A DNA stretch of 64,000 bases from positions 77,128,001 to 77,192,000 of the forward strand of contig OZ076409.1 in assembly GCA_964187785.1 (NCBI GenBank), written 5' to 3'. How positions within the stretch are numbered: the stretch's first letter is position 1; each line of letters starts with the position of its first letter. The translations under genes were made by a program, and so were the position numbers. Of the stretch, positions 32,795 to 44,849 are shown one piece after another. This stretch comes from Amphiscolops sp. MND2022. Taxonomy: Eukaryota. The notes beneath the pieces are model-generated. The model searched no databases. It had not been told where the DNA came from and saw only the letters and a program-made list of their open reading frames with translations.

Positions 32795-34766
32795 CAGAGT
32801 TGTTATAAAAAACAGTTTTTTTCAAAAAAACGTTTAAAACATGTTTTTTTACGAATTATACTGTTTTTTTGTTTTTTATTGTTTTTTTCATTTTAGGCGG
32901 CTAATTGGTAAAAAACAAGCGCGTGAAAAACACTTTTCTTACCTTAAAGTATAAATAACTACAACAAAAATCATTTTAAAGGAATGTATCAAATCAGTCA
33001 ATCATCTTAAAGGAATGTATCAGAGCAATAAATGTCAATAAGTTTCAATTGTACACGCCATTTGTCACTGGTTGAGCTCTCGGTATAGAAATGCTAATTT
33101 CCCAGCTTTCTCGATTCCTAATTGAGCCCGCAGTGTACCATAAGAGAATCCCAGAGATGAAAAATGACGTTCCAACCCTCCAGAACTACTGGCTCCACCC
33201 ACAATTGCAACTGCAAGATTGACAATAGATTCCGGAAACCCTAGTCGAACTCCAGTTTTCCACCACGAAACTGGCGCGGCTTTTGCTAATTCAGAATCAA
33301 ACAAATGTTTCGAAAATGGGGGCTCCTGAGCAAGAAACTGCATAACATGGGGCATTGCATCGGCATTCATCAATTTTATATAATCCAAAGCCTCTTGAGT
33401 TTCAGTTGGTGTTAAAACTTTTCCTTGAAATCTGTGGTCCAAAAGGTAAGCTGCCAAGACAGGCGGTGACAGTGCGTCATTCATACGCTTTACCACATGT
33501 TCTTTAAACGCTCCTGGACATTTTTGCAGCAAAGTTTTCCACACATCAACGGCCTCTGCAATGGTAGTTTTATCGGCCTGAAGGACATCTAGAGCACGCG
33601 CAATTGGTTTTAGGGCTTGTCGTTTTTTGGCAACAATTCACTGATAATGCAAACAATGTTCATCCAATTTGCCAAGAAATAATCAACTATTTCGCATTGG
33701 GAATTCCATCTTGTCTCAACAGGCATTTTTGGTCGATTCATGTTTTTATTTCTTAACATAGACATGGCACTGTGCGTGTTGCGAAGGTATTTGATGATAT
33801 CAGTAATTTTTGCGAGCACGCTTTTACCGCCTGACGAGTTACATATATCCTTTGCCAAAAGATTTGCATAATGCGCGTTGCATCCAAAGACATGGAGACC
33901 AACGCTACTCCAATAACGGGTTCGTTTTTCAAGTTAGACCAACCGTCGATCATCAGCGTTGCGTTGCTGCCTTGAATTAGCGTCGTGACCTGTAACAATA
34001 GAAATATTGTATTTTTATTTTTGCAAAATATAAACATATCAAATTATTTGACAAAAACTTTTGTGCATAAATTTTTTCTAACCTTTTGTTTTTCAATGTC
34101 GTAAACTTCATCAAGTAAAGGTCCAGCAATTTTTTGTCGTGTGGGCAGAGCGGTGCCAGGGCGCAGTAGTTGCACAAAAGAACAAAACTGCTTATTGTCA
34201 ACTAGTCGGAAAGCATTGCCACTTGCAGCGATGAATCTACAGAAAACAAATTATAATTATTATTATCGTATTATCATTGTCAATTTATGCAAAAATTAAA
34301 ATACAAAAAGCAATGGAACACCTATTTACAGGTACCTTGTGAGTTGAAGCTCAATGTCATGTTCCTTGGCACCTCCTGACAGAAACGGCAACTTTGCTTG
34401 TTTCGGGGTATTCGGCTCCAGTACCTCAATTTCTTCGTTGTTTGATCTTTTGCGCGAGCATGCCTCGTAATGAGCTTTCAACCTTGACACTAGGCCAACC
34501 ACAGTGGCTTTGCAAATAGGACACTCGCCTCGGGTACTGCCATTTGCAAGTTGTATCTCATTGAACTTTTTCCAGATTGGATCCTTAATTCGAGGCATAT
34601 CAAAATCTGAAAACAACAAATTGTCATAGTTGATGCAAATGTAAACCGTAGTGACATAAGCACCTCTTGAAAAAAACAATGAAAAAAACAATGTTTTTTT
34701 AAATTTGTTTTAAACACTGTTTTTTTCCTCGTGTTTAAAACAGTTTAAAACACCGTAACAACTCTG
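32795..34766 (-). mobile_element. hAT DNA transposon, internally deleted, with two spliceosomal introns
   Basis: TIR CAGAGTTGTTA at both ends; 8-bp TSD GGATAGGA (32787-32794, 34767-34774); BED finger, DGWS, CNAH, ETRW, LERHFS and C-terminal dimerisation motifs. Confidence 0.93.
33065..34598 (-). pseudogene. hAT transposase (exons 34598-34336, 34236-34083, 33989-33065; two internal deletions in exon 3)
   Basis: MPRIKDPIWKKF...CPICK...RLKAH; GT-AG introns 34335-34237 and 34082-33990 restore R|FIAASGNAFRLV and EKQK|VTTL...IDGWS; frame breaks after GVALVS and ELLPK. Confidence 0.85.
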
Positions 34767-34779
34767 GGATAGGAGCAAG

Positions 34780-35330
34780 AATATCTGGATTCAAAAAAAG
34801 GTGAATCCCATAACCCATTGGCTTTGATGTCTGGCATTACTTTATCTTCGGGCGGCTGGAGCTTGAGCTCAATTTTAAACCGAATTTTTTTTGTCGTATC
34901 AGAGTATTGTATTGGAGAGAAATCGCAAGGTTGAAAACTTCTCCGCAGTAACACATTGCGATTGTTTGTAATTGTTACCATCCGTAGCGTGAAACAAGAC
35001 TGCCGTGGAATCATGTCGGATCGAAGTGATGCAGTTTGAGTGACGGTCTTTATCAATTTTATCTAGCTAATGCGTTTCTTTGGTCATCGAGTCTTTGAAG
35101 ATCGGTTTTTTCCTTTGATTATAGTAGAATTTCAACTGTCTTTTCTGTCTTTTTGTTGAATTCAAAATCGAGTTTCCTTCGATTCTTTTCAAATAGAGTT
35201 CAATACCCTCGACAATACACTGCGAAGTCGAAAAATTGACAAAAATTTGGCAAAGGTTTTTCAAAGCTTCGTTTCTCGACGAATAATAGCCGCAGCTCAA
35301 ATCGGTTTTCTGCTTCTGAAAGCCCTTTAC
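34780..35330 (-). pseudogene. Highly decayed CRE-like fragment related to 22720-24116
   Basis: SLVSRYGW...MCYCGEVF and IELKLQP...DIKANGLWDS align with the motifs of the better-preserved copy. Confidence 0.65.
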
Positions 35331-37241
35331 CTAAGCTTTCAAATGCGCACTAGTTAGGCTGGGAGTTGGTGCCACTTGTTATGGCGAGAGCGCGGGCCCG
35401 GCTCTGTCGGGCCTTTCAAATGCCGGCCAAACTCAACTGAAGCTTCATTGAAACAACTTTTATATGCGTTTTCAATGGTGGCCTGCTGTGTTACTAGAGT
35501 GGAACAGTAACTTTGCAAACAGTTGCTCAGTTATTGAGAAAAGGCTGTTGTTCTGAATTAGTAATATTTTGCAAATTTTCAATTTTTTCCAGTTACTTTT
35601 TTGCCGGTGGCTCGGAAAAGCTATATTGACACAAATAACATTTATATACTTTTCGTTTTCCTATATTTTTGCGTTTGTAATTTTTTATTGATTGCAAAAA
35701 AATCGCTGTCCTCATTTCAGGACGAAATCACTGTCGAGGATGCAAAGCTTTTGATATGTTGATTCGTTCATCTCCGTGATATCAATCAAAACTTTCAAAT
35801 CGATTTTAGTGGAGCCGATTTGTGAGATTGTTCTTTTTTCGAGAAATAATAATAATTGCATTTATCTGGTGATATACAAATATCAAATCAAGTTACAATG
35901 AAAAATACACCAGAAAAGACTCCCAAAGGGCTTACGTCCGCTGGAAGGGGGCCTTAGCGAATTAAAAACAACAAAGTGTATGATTAACATGATTGATCAG
36001 ACTGACTAAACCTATAGTCAAATAAGAAAATTCTGAGTCAACAATGAAAAAAAACGAGCCCGAAGAAAACTATGGAAAAAAGAACAGAAAATTACCTTCA
36101 GTACTTGACGCTTGCTGTATCGGCAGTGAGTGACCTAAGCCCTAGAGTTATTTCGGGAAAAGCGTCAAAAGGTGAAAAAAAATCCGAACTCAGAGCGACT
36201 TAATACTTCATTTTGGTGAAATTTACCGATGCAACCCCCCTCTACTTACAGCGGAATGTGCCATGTAAACCTCAGAGAGGCTTACATAGAGGACATGGAC
36301 CGTCTAATTGAGACCATGCAGGGGGAAGCATTGGCATTTAGTGGGATACTCATGTGTTAACCCATGAATTTTTCACTAGTGCATTTTTTTCCAAAAATGA
36401 GAAAACTACAATAAATATACGGCGGAGAATGTTTATTGTAGTTTTCTCAGTTTTCGAGTAATTCCTGATCCAGAGTATCGAAAGTGTCACTTCCATTTTT
36501 TTAAAGGTAGTTTTCTTCCATATTTTTCAACGCTGTTCCTTTCAGAGCCTAATCCAAGTCCTATAATGAGTGATTGAATAAAAAATAGGTTTGTTCGCTT
36601 TCAAAGATATCTTTTGAATGTCTGCGAAATTATTGGTGTTCAAATAGAATCAATGTTTGAAGAAAGAAAAAGGTTTCCGTAGAGTCTGCTTTCGAGACAA
36701 CTTTCCAGCTAGTTTCACTAGAAAGTGGTTTCACTCAGTTAGTTCGACAGTGAATGGTCTCAATCAAAAGATAACCTTTCAGATTGATATATGTTTTGCT
36801 GTTTTACTTTTGAAAAAAGATGTTTGAAAGGAAATTTTCACGAATTCAAAAATCGTTTTTGCTATTGTTCCACTCAAGTGCTTTTAAATAAAACTTAATC
36901 AGAAGCTTTCGCTGTGAAGATTCGTTATACTACGTTTTGCTACATTTTAAAAATTCTTTCTGATGGAAAGCTGCCAAAGTAACATCGGAAAGCGGCCATA
37001 GTAACATGAGACCCAACTTAACATCATTTTCTCAAAGCAAAAGGTCGCCCTTCGTTGTGTTTAGGCGCTATGCGATTTTTTTCGAAAATTCTTGAGTGGT
37101 TTTGGTTTTGAGACTTTGAGTGAAAACCTTAATTTTCATTTCATTTTGCACTCTTTCAGTTTCAGCATGTTCGAAAGACTGCTCTTTTGGAGTTTTCAGC
37201 GTGGCGCCGACTTGAGACGTTCTTGTCTTGATTTTAGTCGG

Positions 37242-37524
37242 TTTTTAGTCGGCGCCTTTTCCCTTAAGGAAAATAGCCCGACTATTACAGTGGGTAGTTT
37301 TTTTCAGCTCACTCTCAATGGTCCACTTTTTTTGTTCATTTGTTCAACTTTTTAGCCGACATATTTTAGTTCGGATATAACGTTTCAAAGTTCGGATGTA
37401 ACTGTTTTAAAGTTTGGATAAAACGTTTTCATTTTGCCCAATTTTTTTCGAGTTTTCCTCCAAAATTTCACATTATTTGTTGAGCCTTAGATATGGCGCC
37501 GACTTGGGCCGGTCCCGGCTTGTT
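37242..37524 (+). mobile_element. HINE-like family A, short full-length copy (~283 bp)
   Basis: TTTTTAGTCGGCGCC-TTTTCC-CTTAA-GGAAAA-TAGCCCGACT 5' palindrome; 3' GGCGCCGACT + GCCGG-TC-CCGGC + TTGTT. Confidence 0.8.
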
Positions 37525-39188
37525 TGTTACAAACATTGCCCGATTCTTAGTGGAAGTTTTTCTGTTAGACCACAGACCTCTGAATAGTCCACTTCAGACT
37601 TTTATGAAGTTCTAAAGGGTACCAACGGAGCTAAAGGGTATTTACTGCTTTTGAGTTGTTTTTCATAGAGTTTACCCTATCCTGGAAACTATTTAGGACC
37701 AAAATGTCCCCTATGGTTTTTAGAACTGTGCGACTTCGCAATTTTTACTTTTTCCAGAAGAGCCCGTTTGTTTTTTTTTGATGTTTTTGATCAAAAAAAG
37801 TGTTTTCAAGCCCAAAAGGCATCTTTGGGTTTTTCCGGCACGCCTTGGGTTTTTTTTCGGTTTGATACTTTCCATGCAGACATGGCAAAACCTCTTCTTG
37901 ATTAAAACATTCAATAAGAATCAAGTTGTGTCTTCCTATACATATCAAGGGTCTTCACAGTCAGTCTTTACTTTTCTTTTCGTCGATGAGAGGCGCATGT
38001 TATTACAGTCGATACAGTTGAGTGTCGTATAGCTCAAACGAAGCTTAACATGTACTGTTTCAGAGTTCGACACATTGCTTTGTTTTGATAGGGAGGGTTT
38101 ACTTTTTCGTACTGTGAGGGAACGTGTTTTTGTGAGCATTCTGTTAAATGGTAAATCAAGTAGTCAAACTCTTAAACTATACTATAATTTACCCACGCTG
38201 AACTTCAAATTAACCTTACACAACACAAAACCCAACAAAAAGTAAATGTAAGAATTATGGTAATAAAATTAGTTCTCGTTTCTGGTGAATTAATTCCTCA
38301 AAGTTGCAAGTTTTTTATGCTTGGCGACAGAATGAATGTTGAAAAATCCCAAAGGGTCCACTCTTTCAGCTTTTTCGGCTTTGTGATACTTTTTTTCGAA
38401 AAATTTTCATTGTCTCCAAAGGGTGGTCCCCCTTCAATTTTTTTGATATTCTGCCACCTGATCCAAATCTTTTGCTAGAGTTCGTCGGAGTTTATATCTT
38501 TGATCCCCGCGAGCATCAGAGTTTCATGTGCCAGCAAAGTTGGTCATCGGGTTAGTAGAAGTCATTAATAAAGAATTTTTAACCAGTGGTATGAAGCACA
38601 AGTTTTCATAGGATTTTTTGTTTCTCCGTTTCCTGAACTTTGAAACGGTGTTGTCACAGCGCAGAATTCTGCCTCAAAATTGTTAGGTACCAAGCATGTT
38701 GCAACTTCTTGAACAAAATTCAGGTATTCTTGAGAGCCTTTTTGACTGATCTTGAATTCCTGAGAAACTACAGTTGTTTTGAGAAAGGAAATTTTTCTAG
38801 CAGTCTTTTTCTTTGGCAAGCAATCAATTGTTAAGACAACAGTTCTCCGGTCGTGCAGAAACATAGCATTTCAATTTTTTGAACCATGGTGCACGAATGG
38901 ACAGGTTTTAAGAATTTACTTATTCTCAATTTGTTCTTTGCAGTCGCAATAATTGTAATGCGCAACCGAAATTCATTTTTTGAATGTTTGACAACATCGT
39001 TTGGGTTCTTCGTGAGTTTGATACTCTTTTTGTTTTTTTGTGCGCTTGATACTTTTTTGTTTTGACACTTTCATGTCCTTTTGCTATTTTTGAGCCTTAG
39101 ATATGGCGCCGACTTATGCCATTCCCGGATTGTTTGCAATCCATGCGAATTGACCAAAGTATATGTTAAAAGTTCTACGAAACTTTAA

Positions 39189-39713
39189 CCTTTACTTGAC
39201 CAATGGCGCGAATTCGGCATATTTAGTTTCTGCAAACTCTAAACGCACCAGCTGATTGTATGGTAAAGAAAACTCTTGAATAAGATTTTCAGACGATATC
39301 GCATAGCATTCGGCGCCTTTTCACGGAATATTGACGTGATGTCTCCGAATTAAAAATGAGTGCAGATTTTCCTTTTTCCAGTTTTCGTTTGTGGCCCTTT
39401 TATCCCACTGGTATCAACATTGGGTCAAAGCAGCCCCAGCTTTGAAACATGCTGAAAAGCAATCAGAGACACGACGCGTGCAAAGTTTTGGTGCAAAGTC
39501 CGGAGCCAGTGCGGCGACGCCGCACGCCAGCGGAGAACTTCGCATAAAAAACTTTGCGCGCAAGTTTAAAAATTGATTTGAAAGCCCTGATGCTCTCCTT
39601 TCGAACGCTGTATAAATCGTTTGTCGGACTTGAATAGTTTAGGAGATATTGCGGTTTAACGTTTAAACAACCGATTTTTCGATGGATCAAGAATTTTCCT
39701 GGTCAACCTAAGG
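39189..39713. mobile_element. 525-bp piggyBac-like MITE inserted into a family A repeat
   Basis: TTAA at both sides (39185-39188, 39714-39717); TIRs CCTTTACTTGACCA / CCTTAGGTTGACCA; the flanks rejoin into family A internal sequence. Confidence 0.7.
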
Positions 39714-40605
39714 TTAAGCTGTCAAATTGGACCATTTGGCCCAAGGAACTTAACCGAAAGAGTTGTTCCTGTTTTACAGCGCATAATACAGTACCGGGGG
39801 ACCATAGTACAGCACTGTTGAAGAGGATACTTGACACTTTGAAGTCCTTATGCTATTTTTGAGCCTTTATGGCGCCGATTTATGACGTTTCCGGCTGGTT
39901 TTTACTTCCTTTCGAAGTCGTCAAAATTTTTCTACAAACGCATTACAAGTATTTCTCATCAAAATGTAGCTGCTTGCGACAAAATGATAACCATATGATT
40001 AACGTGCTTGAGTGTTGGGGTTAAGAAAAAAGGTACGCCTTTGTTACCGGGCAGGGCTGATGCCAAAATTTTCTTTCCCACGAATTCCCTCAAAAGTTAT
40101 GTGGAGCTCAAAAGAAAATGAATTTTACGTTTTGGGCGCTTGATGAAATAAACGCGACTATTGTAGTGGCCTTTCGTTTTTTTTTTCAATCTCGCCGAAG
40201 TGGCCATTAACGTGGCGAATGCCAAAACTTTCAAAGGATCCTCACGTTAGTTTTGGGATTTTTAAACATGTAGGTTCAGTTTCCCCACTGTGTATTTCAT
40301 TCAGAAAATTAACAGTTCACAAAGGTCACCCTTTGGTTTTGTGATGTTTTTAGTTTAAAAAGTCTTCAAAACCTAAAGAAAAAAAGGCTCCCTTTGAGTT
40401 TTTTGGCAGCGCTACTGTTTTGGAAACCTTTTCTTTTTACCAAAAAGGTGTGACATTTTTCACTACTGACATTCTCGTCAAAAAAATACTTTCCAAAGGG
40501 TCCGCGCTTTGTTTTTCAATATTTTTGGATAGGAAAAAGCGTTTTTAAGCCCAAAAGGTTCCCTTAGAATTTTTTCGACACTGCTATTTTTTGGAAAGTT
40601 TCAAT

Positions 40606-41063
40606 GGGGGAAGCATATACCTGCTAATTATTTAGCTGCTGATAAAATGAACAGTATGTATCTGCTAATGATACTCTTTTAGTAAATACCTGCTAACATT
40701 GATAGTAAATACCTGCTAACGCAAGAATATAAGCGAATTGAATTCACTAAGCTGAAAATGTGTCAGATTTTGTTGGAATTCTTATTATAACGTAGTCGGC
40801 TATGTTCACATACCCCTAGTGCCCTAAATGCAGAAGCGAAGCGGAGCGACGTGCCATATGACCATGCCTCAATGTTGCTACTTGGCGAAGGGTGCGAAGC
40901 GACCGAGCCATACAACAAATATTCAAACCCTATTAAAGAAGTACTGTAAATATTAGCAGGTATTTACCAGCGCTATATCTTTAGCAAATAATAACTTTTA
41001 ATATTAGCAGGTATTTACTATCGCGATTAGCATATAAATAATTAGCAGGTATAGGTGTGATCC
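40606..41063. mobile_element. 458-bp MITE with 8-bp TSD and modular subterminal repeats
   Basis: TSD GTTTCAAT (40598-40605, 41064-41071); termini GG-N8-TATACCTGCTAATTA; several internal ATACCTGCTAA / TTAGCAGGTAT modules; nested in a family A copy. Confidence 0.8.
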
Positions 41064-41696
41064 GTTTCAATTTCACAAAAGGGTTCTCGCTTTTTTTGGT
41101 TTCTTCTGGGAAAAGAAGCTGAAAAGCTTCTGTTTTTGATGTTTCTTATTAAAATAAAAGCAAAAAACTTCGTTCCAAAGGGTCCCCGTGTAGGCTTTTT
41201 TCCCTGTACTGTGAAATTGAGAATTTATTCAGTAGAGAATCCTTGAGGCTTTGAAGTACTTATGCTCTTTTTGAGCGTTATGCGGGGCGCCAACTTATGC
41301 TGTTACCGGCTTCATGGATCATTCTTGGATTCTCCGGGCATTTTCTTGGTAGAGATTTTTGATCTGTTTCCAGCACTATTTTTAGTCGGCGCATTTTGTA
41401 AGAAAATGTGCCCAGCTTTTGCATAGACTAGTTTTTTTTCAACAGATCACAGAATATATGCGTCGCTTCGTTTTTGTAATATTTTGTTCACGCCGCCAGT
41501 AGCCATACGCGCTTCCCAAGCAGACGGCCGTTTGTTCAATGCCTGACGAGGACTTCAAAACTTCGACACTGTTTTTTTTCCAGAAAGTTTTTCATTTCAT
41601 CAAAGATCCCTCCCTTCAGTTTTCCCCTGTTTGAACTTCCATGAAGACATTTTCAAGCCTAAAAGTTCGCTTCTTTGGTGTTTTCTCTTTGCTCGA

Positions 41697-42320
41697 TTTT
41701 TTAGTCGGCGCTTCATGAAGTGAAACGCGACTATTATAGTGGCTTTTTTTTCAATCCACACGAACTGACGAAAATAGTTCTTGAAAGTTCTACAAAATAT
41801 TATTGCACCAAATTGCACTATTTGGTCTAGCGAACTGAACCAAAAAGGTTTTTCCTGTTTTCCCGGGTAACATACCATACCGGGCGAGACCAAAGGGTCC
41901 CCCCTTCCAATTTTTTTCGGCATTGTGAGACTTTTTTCTCAAAATTTTTTTCTCCAAAGGGTCCCCCTTCAATTTCTTTGATGTTTTACAACAGATTGGG
42001 TGTTTAAAAATCCCAAAGGGTCCCCCTTTCAGTTTTTCGGCATTGTGACATTTTTTTCGAAAATTTGTTTTTTCTCCGAAGGGTCCCCCTTCAACTGCAA
42101 CAAAAATGTTGACAATTTCGGACGTGTCCCCCTTTTAGCGCGCCAGGGGCTCGCGCTAGCGGGCCCGGCGCGCCACTTGGTCCATTTGTTTGAGTATGTA
42201 ATTTTTTCGAAAAATATTTGATTTTCGAGTACTGTAAAAGAGAATACTCGACACTTGGAAGTCTTTTTGCTATTTTTGAGCCTTGGATATGGCGCCGACT
42301 TGGGCCGGTCTCGGCTGGTT
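41697..42320 (+). mobile_element. HINE-like family A copy
   Basis: 5' TTTTTAGTCGGCGC...CGCGACT; 3' GGCGCCGACTTGGGCCGGTCTCGGCTGGTT. Confidence 0.75.
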
Positions 42321-42533
42321 CCTTCTTCCTTGAGTTTTCAATACACCAGAGCTACTCCCATTGCTTTTTTGACATTTTGAGTCAACAAAATGCCCTCAGA
42401 GCTTTCAGAATTTTCATATAAACGGCCTTTTAGCATATTTAAACAGCGGGGTGCTGATTGGAGGCGTCACTGTCTTGTGCGAATGCGACTTCGCCTTGGG
42501 TTTTGACTTATAAAGTTTTATTTCAGGAATTTT

Positions 42534-42805
42534 ATGGGTTCTCGACGTCTAGAAGGAAGAATTGGAAATGATGGTGGGAATTATCGAAGTCTAACTGACT
42601 CCGACGATTTGCGGTCCAGGCTTGGAGATAATCATTTCAGAAATGACGTGAGAGCCACACTGAGAGAAAAGAATGATGTAAGAGCTAGCTTGCAGCAACG
42701 AACTGATATAAGGGCTACTTTGGAGGAAAGAAAAGATGTTAGGAATACATTGCAAGAAAGAATGGATGCAAGAACGACATTGAAAGAAAGAATTGGAGGT
42801 CCGAG
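42534..42805 (+). CDS. Uncharacterised protein, exon 1 (10-aa DxRxxL tandem repeats)
   Basis: ATG ORF: NDVRATLREK NDVRASLQQR TDIRATLEER KDVRNTLQER MDARTTLKER; strong phase-2 donor AG|GTAAGC. Confidence 0.8.
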
Positions 42806-43144
42806 GTAAGCAAACGTTTTTTAACTTGTGAAATTCTACTCAACCTGAAATGGAAAAATGATATCTCAAAACAACTGTTCAAAGAGGCGACCTAAATTGT
42901 TTTCAAGAATATGTTAAAGTCGCACCGTGCACAAAAACAGACGGAATCTTTTGACACTTTTTCTTATAATTTTAAGGCTTTGTATACCTACGTTAGGTGC
43001 GAAAGTTTCAACTGAAAAAAAAACAAGATTTTTTAGTTCGAGAGCTCTGAAACAAATTCAAGTGTAAATTTTGATCCAGCTAGCATTGTTAAAAGCAATA
43101 GCATTCAATTTAATTGATTTGTTTAATGTTTGATTGAATTTAAG

Positions 43145-44486
43145 GGATATTGGGGCCACTTTATCAAACCATACAAGAAGCCGTGATGAGATCTCCCAAG
43201 CTGACATCGACCATTTTGAAAATACCGACGTCCGGCAATTAATCGAGCAAGCTTCCCTAGAGAGAATGGAACAGCGCAATCGTCAAAATGATCACCAATA
43301 TGCTGAATATCAATCAAGAAGTGGGAGAAATTTTTCGCCCAGATCTCGGAATGATATTCAGGTAAGAGTTAACAATCAAATACCCTATTTGATGGACGTT
43401 GATACTAAGACCCTGGCTGATCGGAAGCGCAAGACAGAATATTACGAGGAACCAGTGAGAAAAGATATGAAAGTGGTCATTCATCAGGACTTAAGTCCAG
43501 ATATCATAGCTAACGAGCACCCATTAAGGATTAACTTGCGACATGATGGAGATAGATCTCGTCGTATGGCTGAGCTGATAGTGAATGAAGCCTTAGATAG
43601 AGATTACGATAGAGAAGCTCGAGACCTGCTGATTGGAGGAGTCTATCAAGGTTACAATTCGATGATGCCATACGAAGACGTGGATGCTCGTTATGAATCC
43701 AGTTCCTTCGAAAGAAGGCCTCAGCCGATATTATCAGAAAGAAGCATCCCGATGCGAGAACACTTTCTACGTGGTGAGTACATCGAGCGCGAAGCTGAGC
43801 GAAGATCTTGGGTGCCAACTTACGACATGGATCCTATTCCTTTGTATGACAGATATTCTTCTAGTCGGGATGTATATTCCCCTGATCTTGGACGAGCCAT
43901 GGATCATTATGTGGATAATCGCCTTCCTTATGATGAAGTAGCTCGTCGGCCTACCTCAACTCAAAGAAAAGGCTATATTCTAGCAACTCCACCTATGCGT
44001 GAAGGTGTTTCGTTATTGAGAGATTTAGAGCACCGAGTTATGGAACCGAGAATGGGGCATAGAAGTGTGCGAGAGTCACCGCAGCGTGTTGTTCCGCCTC
44101 AGAGGAGTACAAATAATCCGACTGCGAAGTTACAACGTCCGGAGTCTTCTCGTGCCAGGGTCCCCCTAAAACTGCCAGAACCCAAAAATATTGCGCAAAG
44201 AGCTGAATCATCTAAACAGCCAATGTCTAAACGATTGGGCGTCACAAAAACTGTTCATGCATCAGCCAAGGAAGAAAAGAAGGAACAACCTACAGCGGAG
44301 AAAAGGTCGGAAAAACCGATGATTCCTAAGTTCAAGCAAGTCATTGATGCTTCGTTGAAAAATAATGTTGCTGAAATGACTCCAAAGAAGAAAGCCGACT
44401 TCAAGATGCAAGAACTGGAGTTTTTACCAGTGTGTACTGAACGCTCTTTGAACGAGAGATTCTCTAGTATCTTCTCCCGCGTTTGA
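43145..44486 (+). CDS. Uncharacterised protein, exon 2 (R/D/E/S/P-rich; joined product ~537 aa)
   Basis: 1.35-kb uninterrupted ORF; acceptor TTTAAG|G is phase-compatible with exon 1 (GGP-R-DIGATL continues the repeat); ends ERSLNERFSSIFSRV*. Confidence 0.85.
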
Positions 44487-44849
44487 AATTCTAGATGTTT
44501 ATTATATCGATATGATCCAACTTTCTATTTAGTCATCACTCTGCGAGTACTTTTTGAATACTTATGTTACTGAAGACTTTGTTGCTGGTTTGTTTCTCTA
44601 TGAAAGTGCAAAATAACTTTTTGCATAGAAATTGTTGCGTCTAAATTAATTTTGCTGTTTGACAACTTGTTTGTACTAGATCCATGACATATATGAGAGA
44701 AGTGTCAATAATATTTGAACATGTGGTAGTTTAGTTTTCCCAAATCGTGTAAGGCCTATTTCATACCAATCTTTTTCTGAAGCAGTTCAATATCGTATTA
44801 GTTATTCAAATACTCAAAATTCCTTGGATTGTAACGATGACGAGTCGAG

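Noticed and set aside
38460-39030. Decayed ORF 38565-38864 as an OTU/protease or transposase fragment
   Set aside because: No complete catalytic motif could be read in any frame.
41600-42421. ORFs within family A repeats (also 21722, 29479, 37092, 49813, 50469, 62265)
   Set aside because: Chance Phe/Lys-rich frames in non-coding modular repeats.
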